IMG/VR virus record: IMGVR_UViG_3300037427_004270
DNA: 64,000 bases
Source of the DNA: a virus
Strand: one strand, 5' to 3'
In this document: piece after piece, positions 1 to 10,900 of the stretch
Position numbering within the stretch: the first letter of the stretch is position 1
Layout of the letters: every line of letters begins with the position of its first letter
Program-made: the position numbers and the translations under genes
The notes under the pieces: generated by a model
Told to the model about the DNA's origin: nothing
What the model saw: only the letters and a program-made list of their open reading frames with translations
The model's database searches: none

Positions 1-570
1 GTTCATCATCTCTTTGAAGCCGCCGGCCATGCCTGACAAGAAACTCTCTGTTCCTTCTTGGGTTGAAAAGACTTTTGCCATTCTTCCGACTACTGTGTTG
101 TTGATATCTCTTTCTATACCGAGAATGCCAGACATAGTGTCAAGAGTGCTTTCTGCTGCCGCTTTTCCGTCCTCTCTCTGATCTCTCGTGTTTTTCTGTG
201 AGGATAAAACAGCTGCTGATGCTTTGGCTTTTCCTGCTATCAGATCTCTTTGTTTTCTAAGGTCTGCTATCTCTTCCTTACTTAGCTTTGACATAACCTC
301 TCGGCTAGCCAACTGAGCGTCAAAAGCCTGAAGCTTTAACTGTTCTTCTTGCAGTATCTTTTCGTTGTCCTGAAGTTGTTGGTCTGATATCTCTGCCTTT
401 AGTTGTTGTACTTTTAGTTCGGCTTGAGAACGTTCGTATGCCGTTGCCGCAGTATCGGCTATATCCTTTTGAATCTGTAGCTGTGCCTGCAATTGTGCTG
501 TGTTTTGCTTATTGAGCTCAAATGCTTCTGCTATTTGTTCTTTTGTGGGTGGTGTGTTCTCTTCTGCCAA
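1..570 (-). CDS. Probable tail tape measure protein, N-terminal part (runs off the window edge)
   Basis: Not in the ORF track. Read by hand from TTG at 570, preceded by AGGAG; open for 190 codons to position 1 (MAEENTPPTKEQIAEAFELNKQNTAQLQAQLQIQK...). Q/E/A/K-rich helical composition and position after the tube and chaperone genes fit a tape measure protein. Confidence 0.6.
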   Translation of the reverse strand, partial: MAEENTPPTKEQIAEAFELNKQNTAQLQAQLQIQKDIADTAATAYERSQAELKVQQLKAEISDQQLQDNEKILQEEQLKLQAFDAQLASREVMSKLSKEEIADLRKQRDLIAGKAKASAAVLSSQKNTRDQREDGKAAAESTLDTMSGILGIERDINNTVVGRMAKVFSTQEGTESFLSGMAGGFKEMMN

Positions 571-582
571 TTCTTATAGCTC

Positions 583-906
583 CTATTTGAAAGGCCAAGT
601 AATGCCAGTAGAGCGTTCGAATTTATCTATGGCAGATTTAAGCTTGAACTTACTTCGATATGTTTGAGGGTTATCGAGGCCATATTTCTTATAATTTTGA
701 AGATATCTCTTCTCTCTTCCCAAAACTCTTGAGAAGTCCTTTATTTGACTTTTCGTTCCCTTGATGGTCATTGGAACCCTTGGTCCACCGAACATATAGT
801 TCATGATACTCTTGATACCGAAGCCAAATGATTTCAACCAACTCTCGTTCATATCATCAGTTTTAGTTAAGTCAATTTCAATAGTTGTTAATTCTTCATT
901 TTCCAT
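583..906 (-). CDS. Hypothetical phage protein (107 aa)
   Basis: Compact ORF co-oriented in the tail operon, with the upstream CTATTTA motif at 927-933; its TAG overlaps the next RBS. Confidence 0.75.
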   Translation of the reverse strand: MENEELTTIEIDLTKTDDMNESWLKSFGFGIKSIMNYMFGGPRVPMTIKGTKSQIKDFSRVLGREKRYLQNYKKYGLDNPQTYRSKFKLKSAIDKFERSTGITWPFK

Positions 907-926
907 AGCAAAACCCTCGTTCTAAG

Positions 927-933
927 TAAATAG
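927..933 (-). promoter_or_regulatory. CTANTTA upstream motif (candidate late promoter)
   Basis: ACTATTTAC on the coding strand 21 nt before the ATG at 906; the same motif recurs in other intergenic gaps. Confidence 0.5.
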
Positions 934-944
934 TCGCATATTAA

Positions 945-979
945 AAAATAAAAGCCATGCTTTATCATCGCATGGCTTT
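945..979 (-). terminator. Intrinsic terminator overlapping the stop codon of the chaperone extension ORF
   Basis: 10-bp stem AAAGCCATGC (951-960) / GCATGGCTTT (970-979), 9-nt loop containing the TGA at 965-967, T-rich tail on the minus strand. Confidence 0.6.
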
Positions 980-1147
980 TTTCTTTTCTTCGTTCTCCAT
1001 CTTTATTTGTTTCACCAGTCTGTCCAAAAACCATCTTCGCAATTGTACCGGCAAATTATATGCCTCGGAGAAGCTCCAATTTCCATAATATTTCAAGTGA
1101 AATATTTCTTCGTATACAGTTTCAGCATACTCAGAGTTCAGGCCAAA
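965..1147 (-). CDS. Tail assembly chaperone C-terminal extension frame (GT-like, probably reached by frameshift)
   Basis: Protein-like stretch FFGLNSEYAETVYEEIFHLKYYGNWSFSEAYNLPVQLRRWFLDRLVKQIK in the +1 frame; it has no ATG of its own downstream of the T7 run. Confidence 0.6.
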   Translation of the reverse strand, partial: FGLNSEYAETVYEEIFHLKYYGNWSFSEAYNLPVQLRRWFLDRLVKQIKMENEEKKKAMR

Positions 1148-1991
1148 AAAAGTTGGCGGTAACAGGCACCTCCAGGGCCTGCTCATGACCGCACGAAGAG
1201 CATTGAAACTCTTGTGACATGTCAATATTTGGTGCTAGTAGTGGATAGATTTTCCTTAACAGACGAGAATCTCTGGCTGGCATCATCTCAACAAAAGATT
1301 CTACATCTTGTCTGGATGTCGAACCATTAACAGAGACAATGATCGTCTTCAAGAGATCTGTCAAGTTTGTATCTGGAAGTTTGTGTTTCTTTTTGTTTGC
1401 TTTGTTCTGCTCTATAAGCTTTTCATCTTTACCGGTGAGCAGTCTGACTTTCACTGTTGCTTCTGAACGTGCCAGCTTTATAGAGTACGTTCCATCATTA
1501 TTATATGATACCCCCTCTAAGCCGCTCAGAGCCTCTCCCTTCAACAAAGGCTTTGGGCCGCATGTTGACAGGTCGAAAGTGTGCTCCTGCATTTTAAGGC
1601 AAGCTGGGCACGTCACAGAGGTATCATAGTCCTCACCGTAACCAGTTATTCTTGCTGCAACGAATAGAGCGTTCTTATCGCCAACCAAAAGGTCGTTTAC
1701 ATTTACTGTTTTATCTAAGATAATATTCTGAAGCATTCTATCAAGGGCGATGCCTTTTCTAAGAAGACTTTCTGATGTTAATATATCTTCTTCCTTTGCT
1801 GTCATGTATTTTATTTCTACTGTTTCTTTTCCGCGCAAAGGATGTCCCTCTGGGTAGAACTCACCTCTTGATGGCAGGTCTACTATTTCAGTGGGAACGG
1901 AAAAGCTTAATTTGTCTTGTGTCTCAACAAGCGAAGGGGCATCCGCAGCATCGCTGGGAGCCCCCACTCTGTCTTCATTATTTCTCGCCAT
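1131..1991 (-). CDS. Tail/baseplate-hub assembly chaperone (T4 gp26-like)
   Basis: Motifs VDLPSRGEFYP, IKYMTAKEEDIL, DLLVGDKNALFVAARITGYG, two CxxC pairs (CPAC, CSSC), FFWP end; directly downstream of the tube gene. Confidence 0.75.
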   Translation of the reverse strand: MARNNEDRVGAPSDAADAPSLVETQDKLSFSVPTEIVDLPSRGEFYPEGHPLRGKETVEIKYMTAKEEDILTSESLLRKGIALDRMLQNIILDKTVNVNDLLVGDKNALFVAARITGYGEDYDTSVTCPACLKMQEHTFDLSTCGPKPLLKGEALSGLEGVSYNNDGTYSIKLARSEATVKVRLLTGKDEKLIEQNKANKKKHKLPDTNLTDLLKTIIVSVNGSTSRQDVESFVEMMPARDSRLLRKIYPLLAPNIDMSQEFQCSSCGHEQALEVPVTANFFWPEL

Positions 1992-2010
1992 TTAAACCTC
2001 TTAATAAATA

Positions 2011-2616
2011 TTAAGGCTTGAAGAATGCGTTTACACCGTCATAGTTGGTAACGCTATTTGCGTCGCCTCTGTTTGATGGCGTGTTTTCGCTTACAGCCGC
2101 ATCACCTGCTGCTGCAGTCTTCAAGGTTGCATAATCATATCTTAACGTAAGTTCGAGATTTGTTAAGTCATCAGACTCATAATCTAGCGTTCCCCAGTTA
2201 ATATCTTTAATGAATGCATTTCTCAAAGTCCATTCTTCTGTTGGCTGACCGTCAGCATCGATTTGAGTAATCTTTATTTCGCCCATAGCAGCAACTGACT
2301 TTTCCTTCGAAACACTTGTGGTGTCTCCTTGAGTTGGAACGTCGTAACCGTGGTTGCGAAGCATATTAGCCAAAAGGCCTGCTGCGTTTGGAGAAACTGG
2401 GTCAACTAACGTAACTGAGAGCGGTTCCCATGTAACTCTTCCTGGGTAATAGAACGTATGGTTGAGGTATTGGTGTTGTGCCTCTCCCACTGTTGCTCTT
2501 GGCTTATCTGTTTTCTTGATAAGCCATTCGGTGTTTTTTCCGTCCATGCCACCGATAGACATGAGAAACCTATAATTTCTCTTAGGTGCGTTATCTTTAC
2601 TTGCCCAAAATGTCAT
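2011..2616 (-). CDS. gp19: Tail tube protein (T4 gp19-like)
   Basis: PKRNYRFL, FYYPGRVTWEPLSVTLVDP, EEWTLRNAFI..INWGTLDY, LTLRYD motifs; follows the sheath gene. Confidence 0.9.
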   Translation of the reverse strand: MTFWASKDNAPKRNYRFLMSIGGMDGKNTEWLIKKTDKPRATVGEAQHQYLNHTFYYPGRVTWEPLSVTLVDPVSPNAAGLLANMLRNHGYDVPTQGDTTSVSKEKSVAAMGEIKITQIDADGQPTEEWTLRNAFIKDINWGTLDYESDDLTNLELTLRYDYATLKTAAAGDAAVSENTPSNRGDANSVTNYDGVNAFFKP

Positions 2617-2648
2617 TTTGTAGTTCTCCTATAAAGTGTATTTATCTC

Positions 2649-2655
2649 TAACTAG
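2649..2655 (-). promoter_or_regulatory. CTANTTA motif variant (CTAGTTA) upstream of the tube gene
   Basis: Lies in the 52-nt sheath-tube gap, ahead of the AGGAG RBS. Confidence 0.35.
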
Positions 2656-2668
2656 GTCACTTCCTCGA

Positions 2669-5542
2669 TTAATCATCGAAGGAAGCGCCACTTCTTTGAA
2701 TAACAAAGTCAATAGCAATGAACTCGACGGCTCTAGTAGGCTTCAACATAACCTTTGCATAAAGGATGTTTCTGTCTACCAAGTCTGGAGTTGTTGTTGT
2801 TTCATCCAAGACGACTCGGAAGTCTTCTAGGCCAAAACGCTGTTTGATATCGTCCAAGAAAGGTACTGCTTGGTTCGTAAAACGTTCCCAAGTAACTTTC
2901 GTGTTTGGATCAAACAGAAGTCTCGCTGCAATGTTGGAGATGCCCTTCTTAACGTGAATCATCAACCTACGAACATTAATTCTGTCGAGAGCGGATGGGG
3001 TCACTTGTAAGGTCTTCTGACCAAACATGACAATCCCTTCTGCTGGAAACTTTGCAATGGGGTTAACATTTCTTTCGTACAACTTATCTCTGTTGCGCTT
3101 TGTCAATGTTTCCCTAACGCCAGTAATGCTAATGCCTGCAGCGCCTTGATCTAAGCCACCTCTGGTAAAACCAGCAGGAGCAAACCAAGGAGCGTCGTTA
3201 GCGTCAACCGAGGAGAAGGTTCCAATAGCTGCGACTGATGGGGGTACCCAAATGCCGCCGCCTTCGTTTGTTTGAACCCAAGGATAGAAAGTACAAGCAT
3301 AGCTTGAGTTAATTCCTCGTGTCTTCAAGGCGCTCAAAGTAGTTGAAACACTTCCTAAGCGGTTTGCTTCTGTTGCGGAGCTTTCGTGTGCGGCGATATA
3401 ACCGTTTTCTAAGTCAACAACAGCTAGAGCATCAGCTCTCTCTTCGCAGACCTGAATGATTCTATCGGTAACAGTAGTATTTGTGATACCAGGAGCTGAA
3501 AGAGCATTCATCTCAACAACTTCTGGATCTTGCACTGTGTCGATAGCGCGGGTCATCGTGTGTTTTGCATAATTTGTTTTTTCTGTTCCCGAACCCAACG
3601 TGGTGTTGGAGAATGGGTCTTTTTTCTTAACGTTGACGCCATCAAAGCCACCTGCCAATGGCAAGGTGAATGAGTCAAAGCCTGCATCAAGAACGTGGTT
3701 ATAAGCTGCAGAGCCAGTCACGCCAGGGCCTGCCGCCGTAAGGGACGATCCCGCTTTACGGCTACCTGCTTGATAGAGAGCGTCTGCTTCTACACCCGAA
3801 GAACTAGATACATACTTTACATCATCCAAGGAAAACTTAACAGAGTATTGAGTCTTGTTGGCCACTGGGTTGTGCGTATCATAAGAGGTTGGCAACATCT
3901 TCAAGATGTCAAGGTTACTCTTGTCAAAATCATTAGTGCTCTTCATCGTAGAGTCAAAGCCAAAATATGCTGCCTTTGCATTTCCCGCTGAAAGTCCGTC
4001 CGAGGAGCTAACTCTGAGTGCCATAGAAGGAGCAGCAAGTTGAAGGGATGCCCAGGATACTTTCGCGCCTGCGTTTGTAGCATAGTTGGTTGACAACGTA
4101 ATGTTAACGCCTGCGGAACCTGTGTTTCCTGTACCAAAGTGAGAGCCTGTTATGTAGTCTGTTGGCACAACGCCATCAAAAAGTGAGCCTGTGATGCCCA
4201 AGTTTGTGATGCGAGAGCCAGATATGTGGGAGTGTCCCAAAAAGCCGAAAGGAAGAAGCTTCTCATCAGCCGCCGCTTTTTCGACTGCATCTGAAACTTT
4301 AACGCGAATATATTGTGAAACGTTTGTGTGATTGCCGTATTCCTTGAAGCGGCGTTCGGTAGCATCCCACTCCTTGTATACGTCTCCGATCTTCCTGGAG
4401 ATAAAATTGTCAGAATTGGGGTCCAAGTTACAGTTAGTGTAACTTTCTAAGATTGTTGGGTTGCCGTCGTAGTCTTCCATGCTTCTAACCAAGACGCTAA
4501 AAGTGCCGTACTTGTTGAACCTGTTCGTTGAAGGTTTAATATCCGAAATAGAAATTTTAACTTTTCTTTGGATCTCTTCACCGCCATCTAGGGCATGAAA
4601 TTTAAATAAGGTGTTCATATTAGCAGGATCGAAGCTGCCAGTGCTTACTGACATATCCTGTGAGATGATCCATCCTGTCTGAGCAGTTTTATATCCTGTT
4701 CTGTGCCCATGCCCATTTTCAATCGTCGTGATGAAGGCATAAGAAGACGCAGGGTTTCCGGCTGCTGCGAATGCATCCTCTACTGCTCTATCGAATGTTT
4801 GTCCCAACCAATATTTCTTTCTGTCGGCAACTGCAAGAGCGTCCGAGTCAAGAGAAGTTGGGTTTGTGTTGAAGACGTTTCTAATATATTTTTCGTCTCC
4901 AGCTCCCTGAAAATTGAATGAGGCAGTGATAACGCTGTTGGTGCCGTCTTCGACAACAACCTTGAATTCGTCTCTGTTGGTTGACTTCGCCAAGTGAAGA
5001 ATGCCTTTGTCTGCTGGGATGGCTGTCCCCAAGGCGTCAGTGCCTTGAAGTCGAACACTACCTTGGTTGGTATACCAAACTGCAGCCAAAGTTCCCGTCA
5101 TGTTAAGCGAAGCACTAGGGATAATAAAAAGTCCCATTGCGCCACCGTGATTAGCCTTAGTAGCGTTTGGTGTGTTGGTGGTATCCCAACCTGCGGCACC
5201 CGCTGTGGTTGCCTGTGGGTGCTGAACACCCAAAAGTCTTACGATGCTCAAGCCAGCAGAGTTTGCCAACCAAGCCTTCGCAGCTAAAGTACTATACATT
5301 GGAGAGGTCTTGTTGCCGTTTCTCCATACATCGTCACTGTTACCGCCAGTGATAACGTCACCGAATAACATTGAATATTCTAATTGAGAGTTGACCTTTA
5401 CTGGTCGCATGCCAGGGCCTCGGTCTGTTCTTCCGATAAGAACAGGGCCAACTGGGGCTGCCTCTCTAGGGAGACGAGAGTTATCTATCTCATCTAAAAA
5501 TACGCCTGGTGATACAAATCTAAACTTTCGAACGTTTGCCAT
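2669..5542 (-). CDS. gp18: Contractile tail sheath protein (T4 gp18-like, 957 aa)
   Basis: FVSPGV N-terminus; C-terminal WFAPAGFTRG, RDKLYERNVNPIAKFP, FGQKTLQ..SALDRINVRRL, PTRAVEFI. Confidence 0.95.
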   Translation of the reverse strand: MANVRKFRFVSPGVFLDEIDNSRLPREAAPVGPVLIGRTDRGPGMRPVKVNSQLEYSMLFGDVITGGNSDDVWRNGNKTSPMYSTLAAKAWLANSAGLSIVRLLGVQHPQATTAGAAGWDTTNTPNATKANHGGAMGLFIIPSASLNMTGTLAAVWYTNQGSVRLQGTDALGTAIPADKGILHLAKSTNRDEFKVVVEDGTNSVITASFNFQGAGDEKYIRNVFNTNPTSLDSDALAVADRKKYWLGQTFDRAVEDAFAAAGNPASSYAFITTIENGHGHRTGYKTAQTGWIISQDMSVSTGSFDPANMNTLFKFHALDGGEEIQRKVKISISDIKPSTNRFNKYGTFSVLVRSMEDYDGNPTILESYTNCNLDPNSDNFISRKIGDVYKEWDATERRFKEYGNHTNVSQYIRVKVSDAVEKAAADEKLLPFGFLGHSHISGSRITNLGITGSLFDGVVPTDYITGSHFGTGNTGSAGVNITLSTNYATNAGAKVSWASLQLAAPSMALRVSSSDGLSAGNAKAAYFGFDSTMKSTNDFDKSNLDILKMLPTSYDTHNPVANKTQYSVKFSLDDVKYVSSSSGVEADALYQAGSRKAGSSLTAAGPGVTGSAAYNHVLDAGFDSFTLPLAGGFDGVNVKKKDPFSNTTLGSGTEKTNYAKHTMTRAIDTVQDPEVVEMNALSAPGITNTTVTDRIIQVCEERADALAVVDLENGYIAAHESSATEANRLGSVSTTLSALKTRGINSSYACTFYPWVQTNEGGGIWVPPSVAAIGTFSSVDANDAPWFAPAGFTRGGLDQGAAGISITGVRETLTKRNRDKLYERNVNPIAKFPAEGIVMFGQKTLQVTPSALDRINVRRLMIHVKKGISNIAARLLFDPNTKVTWERFTNQAVPFLDDIKQRFGLEDFRVVLDETTTTPDLVDRNILYAKVMLKPTRAVEFIAIDFVIQRSGASFDD

Positions 5543-5605
5543 TATAAAGTCTCCTCAAGGAATCTCCTTTATTGTCACAAAAAAATAAAGGGCTTTTACA
5601 TGTAA

Positions 5606-5612
5606 TAAGTAG
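5606..5612 (-). promoter_or_regulatory. CTANTTA motif variant (CTACTTA) upstream of the sheath gene
   Basis: ACTACTTATTAC in the gap before the sheath gene; flanks resemble ACTATTTATTAC at 18942-18953. Confidence 0.45.
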
Positions 5613-5649
5613 TCTAAGATATTCCCAAATGCTCGCTGCAGCGCAAAAA

Positions 5650-6471
5650 TCAAAGTTTTTTGTCAATATCTTCTTCTAAAATTGCTCTTTCTCTACCAAT
5701 TTTAATTTCCACAGCGTTTTGATACTTTGCTATTTTTGGGCGATTATCAGAATCAACTTCTGTGAACGTGTAGCCAATAACTTGGAAATCTATGTTAGTG
5801 ACATAGACCCTTTCGCCCTCGCCAATGTTTGAAATATTATTCTCATATGAAAAGTTCTGATCATAAAACGCTTCATATGCATGGCCGTCATGCTCAACAT
5901 AAAAGCTGTTTAAATTTCCGGGTCGAACCAAGAAAGGTTGAGACATTTTATTCATGTGTTGTTGGTATTCTGTCCTAAGAGTTACCTTGTAGTTCACAAG
6001 CATATAGACGGGAGCAGGTATTGCGAGAGTCTCGTAGACAACCCTGTCATTCTTTCCCCTCATATTAACTTGGTTTGTTTTTGATAGTGCCTTAGCAGAA
6101 GCAAACTCACTCGTCTTGTCTTGTTTGATTCTTTTGTGAATATTGTACGCGCCACCCTGAACCTTGTCGTAAGGCATAATAAGAGACTGAAGTCTGCCTC
6201 TTCTTTGAAGATCTTTTTGGATAGATGTCCTCTCAACTGTTATGAGTGGATAAATGAGTGCTCCCTCGCTATCTCTCAGATCTTTATTGTTCTTTACTTG
6301 ATATGCCCTCTCTGCAGTTACCCACAGAACTGGAACTTTCTTAAAGCCCTTGTTTGTGTCTACATGTATATCCATAGATTTATCAACCCACTGATAGAAG
6401 GCATAGTCTATTGTTTCTAGAGTCGATGGCTCTATTAATGGAATATCTTCAATGTCTTTTTCTTTTGCCAT
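5650..6471 (-). CDS. Tail completion/terminator protein (gp15-like)
   Basis: LETIDYAFYQW, KVPVLWVTAER, LIYPLITVER, YKVTLRTEYQQHMN; position between neck and sheath genes. Confidence 0.65.
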   Translation of the reverse strand: MAKEKDIEDIPLIEPSTLETIDYAFYQWVDKSMDIHVDTNKGFKKVPVLWVTAERAYQVKNNKDLRDSEGALIYPLITVERTSIQKDLQRRGRLQSLIMPYDKVQGGAYNIHKRIKQDKTSEFASAKALSKTNQVNMRGKNDRVVYETLAIPAPVYMLVNYKVTLRTEYQQHMNKMSQPFLVRPGNLNSFYVEHDGHAYEAFYDQNFSYENNISNIGEGERVYVTNIDFQVIGYTFTEVDSDNRPKIAKYQNAVEIKIGRERAILEEDIDKKL

Positions 6472-6474
6472 ATT

Positions 6475-7908
6475 TTATAACCCGCCAAATACCGATGGGA
6501 ACCAAACCCCGTTTTCGTTGAAGTAGTGTTTGTTTGCTCTAACAAACGGGCCAATACTTCCTGAACTGCCCGTATTACTAATATAAATAGCTCTGCCAGA
6601 GTAAGAAGCCGAGTTTGCGTTGAAGTTAGTCAATATAGCGCGGTCTTCTTGGTTGTTTCCGTTTAGGTGCAGAATGTCATGAAGATCCGGCTTGGATACA
6701 CTGGCAGTATTCGCAACCGATGTATTAAGGCTGCTAAAGGAGGAAGGAAACCAGACTCCATTTTCGTTGAAATAAAATTTTCTCGGTATCGTAAACGGAC
6801 CCACTGGACTCGATGCTGTATTAGCAAGGTAAATTATCTTACTAGAATAAGAGCTCGCGCTGACATTATAAAGAGTCAACAATGCGCGGTGGTTGCCGCC
6901 TGCTCCGTCGTCACTAAGAACAAGAATGCCGTTCCCCGTAGTGATAACTGTACTTGTTCCTCCGCCAGAACCCAGTGCTGACCAAGAGCCGTTCTGATAA
7001 AACTGAAAAACATTATCTGTAGTGTTGTATATCATTGTCCCGTTAGCGTTACTGATACTGTTTCGCTGCGTTGTTGTCATTCTGGGAATAACAACTCCTC
7101 CGGTTGTTGAGCTGATATTAAGCGTACTTCCGTCAAAAGTTAAATTGGCCTCGCCCTGCAGCGTCGATGAATTAACTCCTGTGAGAATTCTATTATCAGC
7201 ACCATTGTTGAAAGTCAGGCTGCCGCCGCCTGAGCCTGTTGTTTCCGCCACCATCTTGCCGACATATAGGAAGCCCCTAGCGTGTGTTGGTATACGACTT
7301 GCTTGATAGTCCTGAAGGAATACGATACCACTGTAATAATCTATTTGCCAGTCTGTTTCATCAAGAGAAGTAATTTCATTCGTGGCGTCAGTTGGATCTC
7401 CCTTGTACAGTTTAAGATAATAAGGGTTTGCACCTTCGTTTGAAAAGCTGGGTGGTATTAGTTGCACCTTTCCCAAAGTCTCATAAACTGTTTTATCATC
7501 ATCGAAATATCCGTTTCCGGCCTTGGAGTTGCTCGAAAGAGATTCATAGTTCCCGGTCATCACAAGTTTGTATCCATGTGTACCTGCAGAAGTTGCCTCG
7601 TCGCCACCACCGAAGCCGACATTACCAAACGAGCCTGTGTTCGCATCGTATGATGTTCCGGAAATTGCCTCCACTTTGAAGTTGACATATTCAACAGTTG
7701 CGCTTGCCCCTGCTGATGCACTTTGCAAGGCATATAAGGTGAGAGAAGGGTTCTCCGGTATAGTTTCGCCAAAGATAGTTTGAGAAGAAACTTGAATATT
7801 GCTAGGTATAGATTCTTGTGCGTCTGACTTTAGGTTTGAGGTGTGAGCTCTTCCTAGTAATTTCTTTTGTGAGAACAGAGTTGCAGTTAAATTAGTTTTT
7901 CCGGCCAT
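6475..7908 (-). CDS. Virion structural/fibre protein (477 aa) with two copies of the shared YF.ENG.W C-terminal module
   Basis: Fibre-type segments NNGADNRILT..LTFDGS and PRMTTTQRN..IYNTT..FQFY..GSW; ends in two copies of YFNENGVWFPS. Confidence 0.6.
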   Translation of the reverse strand: MAGKTNLTATLFSQKKLLGRAHTSNLKSDAQESIPSNIQVSSQTIFGETIPENPSLTLYALQSASAGASATVEYVNFKVEAISGTSYDANTGSFGNVGFGGGDEATSAGTHGYKLVMTGNYESLSSNSKAGNGYFDDDKTVYETLGKVQLIPPSFSNEGANPYYLKLYKGDPTDATNEITSLDETDWQIDYYSGIVFLQDYQASRIPTHARGFLYVGKMVAETTGSGGGSLTFNNGADNRILTGVNSSTLQGEANLTFDGSTLNISSTTGGVVIPRMTTTQRNSISNANGTMIYNTTDNVFQFYQNGSWSALGSGGGTSTVITTGNGILVLSDDGAGGNHRALLTLYNVSASSYSSKIIYLANTASSPVGPFTIPRKFYFNENGVWFPSSFSSLNTSVANTASVSKPDLHDILHLNGNNQEDRAILTNFNANSASYSGRAIYISNTGSSGSIGPFVRANKHYFNENGVWFPSVFGGL

Positions 7909-7915
7909 GTCTTAA

Positions 7916-10900
7916 TTATGATCCATATGTAAAAGATATTCTAGATAAATAGCCTGTCCAGTCTTTGTGGGCAGTTATTCTTACTAATAAATAGTCTGCA
8001 TTTCCTCCTGAAGTGCCTTCTAGAGTTGCTGTACGAAAGTTTATTCCGTATGAAGTGCCGCTACCGTCCACTGTCTGGTCCACATCGGCACCGCCGCCAT
8101 TGTACCCACCGGAGCCATCTGTGGCAATATTTTCCGACAAAGATGCTGGCCTTGCCATGTCTAGCCAGCCTGAATCTCCTGGTATTTTCACTTCCAGGTG
8201 AAAGTTCTTGCTTGCACCAAGAGAGCCTGTGTTGAATGCCCCACCTTTCGATATGAGGTTTGCATCTCCGCGCAAGGTTACAGTTGCCAAAGATACGTCG
8301 CCAACCTGGTTTGATCGAAAGTATCTGTAATATTCTCTTGTTGCAGCTGTTAGTGTTGAATAGTTCGGGTTTCCTGTGGGTGCCTGCAATGCTCCGCCAT
8401 CATTAGCGCAGCGGAAGTCTCCAGACAAGCCACCAGTGAGAGGGGACATCAGTTTATCATTATATATTAACATCCCATTTGAATAAGTCGCATTGCCTCC
8501 GGCGTCATTAATGCTGACCGTTGAGCTCCATGCGTTACCCGCATTAGTCACACTGTTTTGTGTCGCGTAACTACCAGACTGTAGCCTGTAGACCTCGCCA
8601 TCAAAATGTTCAGTGGAGTTCAAGTCTGAACTTTGGCTTCCACTGAAAACTAAAAAGCTGTGCTTGCTTAATGTTGAAGTAGTGAGGTTTGACTTTAGGG
8701 GGTGCTTAACTCTGGACGAGACAGATGCAGTATGAGCTGTTGTTGCATGTGCACCGACCAATGAAGCCGACGGGTCGAACGTTATTGTTCCGGTGATCTG
8801 AAGTACTTGGTCTTGTGAGTTCGCAGTTGTTGCTAAAGCTGGCAAGGCTTTTGTTGCACCAGAGGTTGTGCCTGTGGAAGCAAGCCCTGAGCCGAAAGTT
8901 CCGATATGTGAAACAGTTGTGTTTGTTGTGGTGGGAAACGAAATACCATCAGAAGATCTGTAATATACATTCTTATATACGTTCGAAGCTGCATAGGTAA
9001 ACGAAGCAGAACAATCAACAAAGTACCTCACTCCAGACAAGGAATAGAATACGCTACCCGAAAAGTTTGTTAAATTTGTAGCAGCAGCAGATAAGGCGTT
9101 GCTATCAGGGTCATTAACCCACTCTACATAATTTGTAATAGTCTGACTAATACCAGATCCAGTATGAACAACCCTTGCATAATTCCAGCCATTTCTCTGG
9201 TCTGCTGCTCCAACTTGATATTTTCCTGTTCTGTAGATTTTTGTATAATCTGGCAAACTATTGCCCGAATACAACCCTGGCTTATAAATACTCAGACTAA
9301 CAAAACCTGAGCTGTTTGCATTTAATTCGCTGTCTGTTCCTGAGCCTGGGTTTCCTGACCCGACACTGGCACTGGCTAGGTCTATCGTATGAACAACCGC
9401 ACCGTTCACTTCCAGTTTCAAACTTCCGGTTGCAGCATTCTTAAAAGAGTTCGCAACATAACTTGTTCCATTTGCAGATATATCTTCATTGAGTTCGCCG
9501 TCTATAACTGTGGTGCCATCAAAGACACCAGCAATGTCGCCACTATCAAGAAAGTTACCGTTAAGATCAACAGCAGAGTTTCCAGTGTTTGTTGATACAT
9601 TTGTGTATCCAGTGACGCCCTTTGAAGACCCAAAAGAAAGCTTAACGTCTGTGCCCGAATCATTGATGTCAATGTCGTCAAGGGCAGGGGCCTCAGTAGG
9701 GGCTGTTCCCGTACCTGCGCCGAAGGCTACAACAATGTCATCGACATAGCCGGTCCAAGATGTGTCTGCCTCTATTTTTAAAACAACATCGTCGCCATTC
9801 CCAACACCCTTTGTTCCGAAAGTTACATAGTTGGTAGCATCAACTGAGTTGTCAAAAGCAAGAACATATGCTCCCGAACCTGCCGAAGTCTGATCATAAG
9901 TAAAAGCGGCAGCAACGTCCATGAAGCCAGTTGATCCTGGAATCTTAATGAATGCCCTAATTCTACCTGAGTTAAGTGCTGTTCCTGCTGGGACTATGGT
10001 CGTTCCACTGCCCTCGATTGTCAAGGTGATGTCTCTCTTGGTTGCTCCAGTAGAGTTACGGAAGTACCTAAAGAATGTTCTAGTTCCTGACTCTCCGGAA
10101 TAGTTTGGGTTTCCAGCTGGTGCCAGTCCGAATGGACCTCCTTCAGAGTTGTCTCGGAAATCCCCACTCTGAATTGTGTTCAGTGGAGAATATAGCCTTG
10201 CACTGTATAGTTGCAGGCCGTCGGAATGTGTACCTGATGCGGTCATGTGAGTTTGCGAGTTCCATGTGCCACTATCTACATCGGATTGAGAATCATAAGA
10301 ACCAGAGAACAAGCGATAAGTTTCTTCTTTAAACCGCTCTCTTAGTGCTGTTGAGTTTCCAGACGGGTTATAAATTAAGATACCAGTAGAGCTTGCAGAA
10401 CCACCGTTGGACAAGTCCGATTTCAATGGGTGTGCAACATTCACAGAAGATTGAATGGAGCCACTCAATGATTGTGTGCTAGTTGTTGCACTTCCTGTTA
10501 TCTTCAGTACCTTTGTCTCGTCTTCTCCCGCGCCAAAGTTTAGCTCAGGAAAAGCTTGTGCGGATATAGAACAGTTGGTGGTAGTAAAAGATATATTCTG
10601 TGATGTGTATACATTCCTATATGCATTGCTAACCTCGACAATATAGTTCGCTGATGCGCTTTTAAAATACTGTACCCCTGAGAGATATTTGCCGCCAAGT
10701 CCTGTCTCGTTTGCAAAACGAGCGTTGCTAGCTGCCAAAGCATTTGAGTTGTTGTCGTTAACCCACTGCACAAAGTTTGTTGTTTTGCTGCCCCATGAAC
10801 CTGAGTGTTTTACCTGTGCATAGTTTAGGCCATTCCTTTGGTCTGCTGTGTGCACTCGATATTTTGCAGTCCTGTGTTGGAAAATACTAAAGGCATTCTG

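Noticed and set aside
7946-7994. TAAATAG matches inside coding sequence (also 39529 and 44986)
   Set aside because: They could be internal promoters, but an AT-rich 7-mer is expected by chance in coding DNA; not supportable without TSS data.
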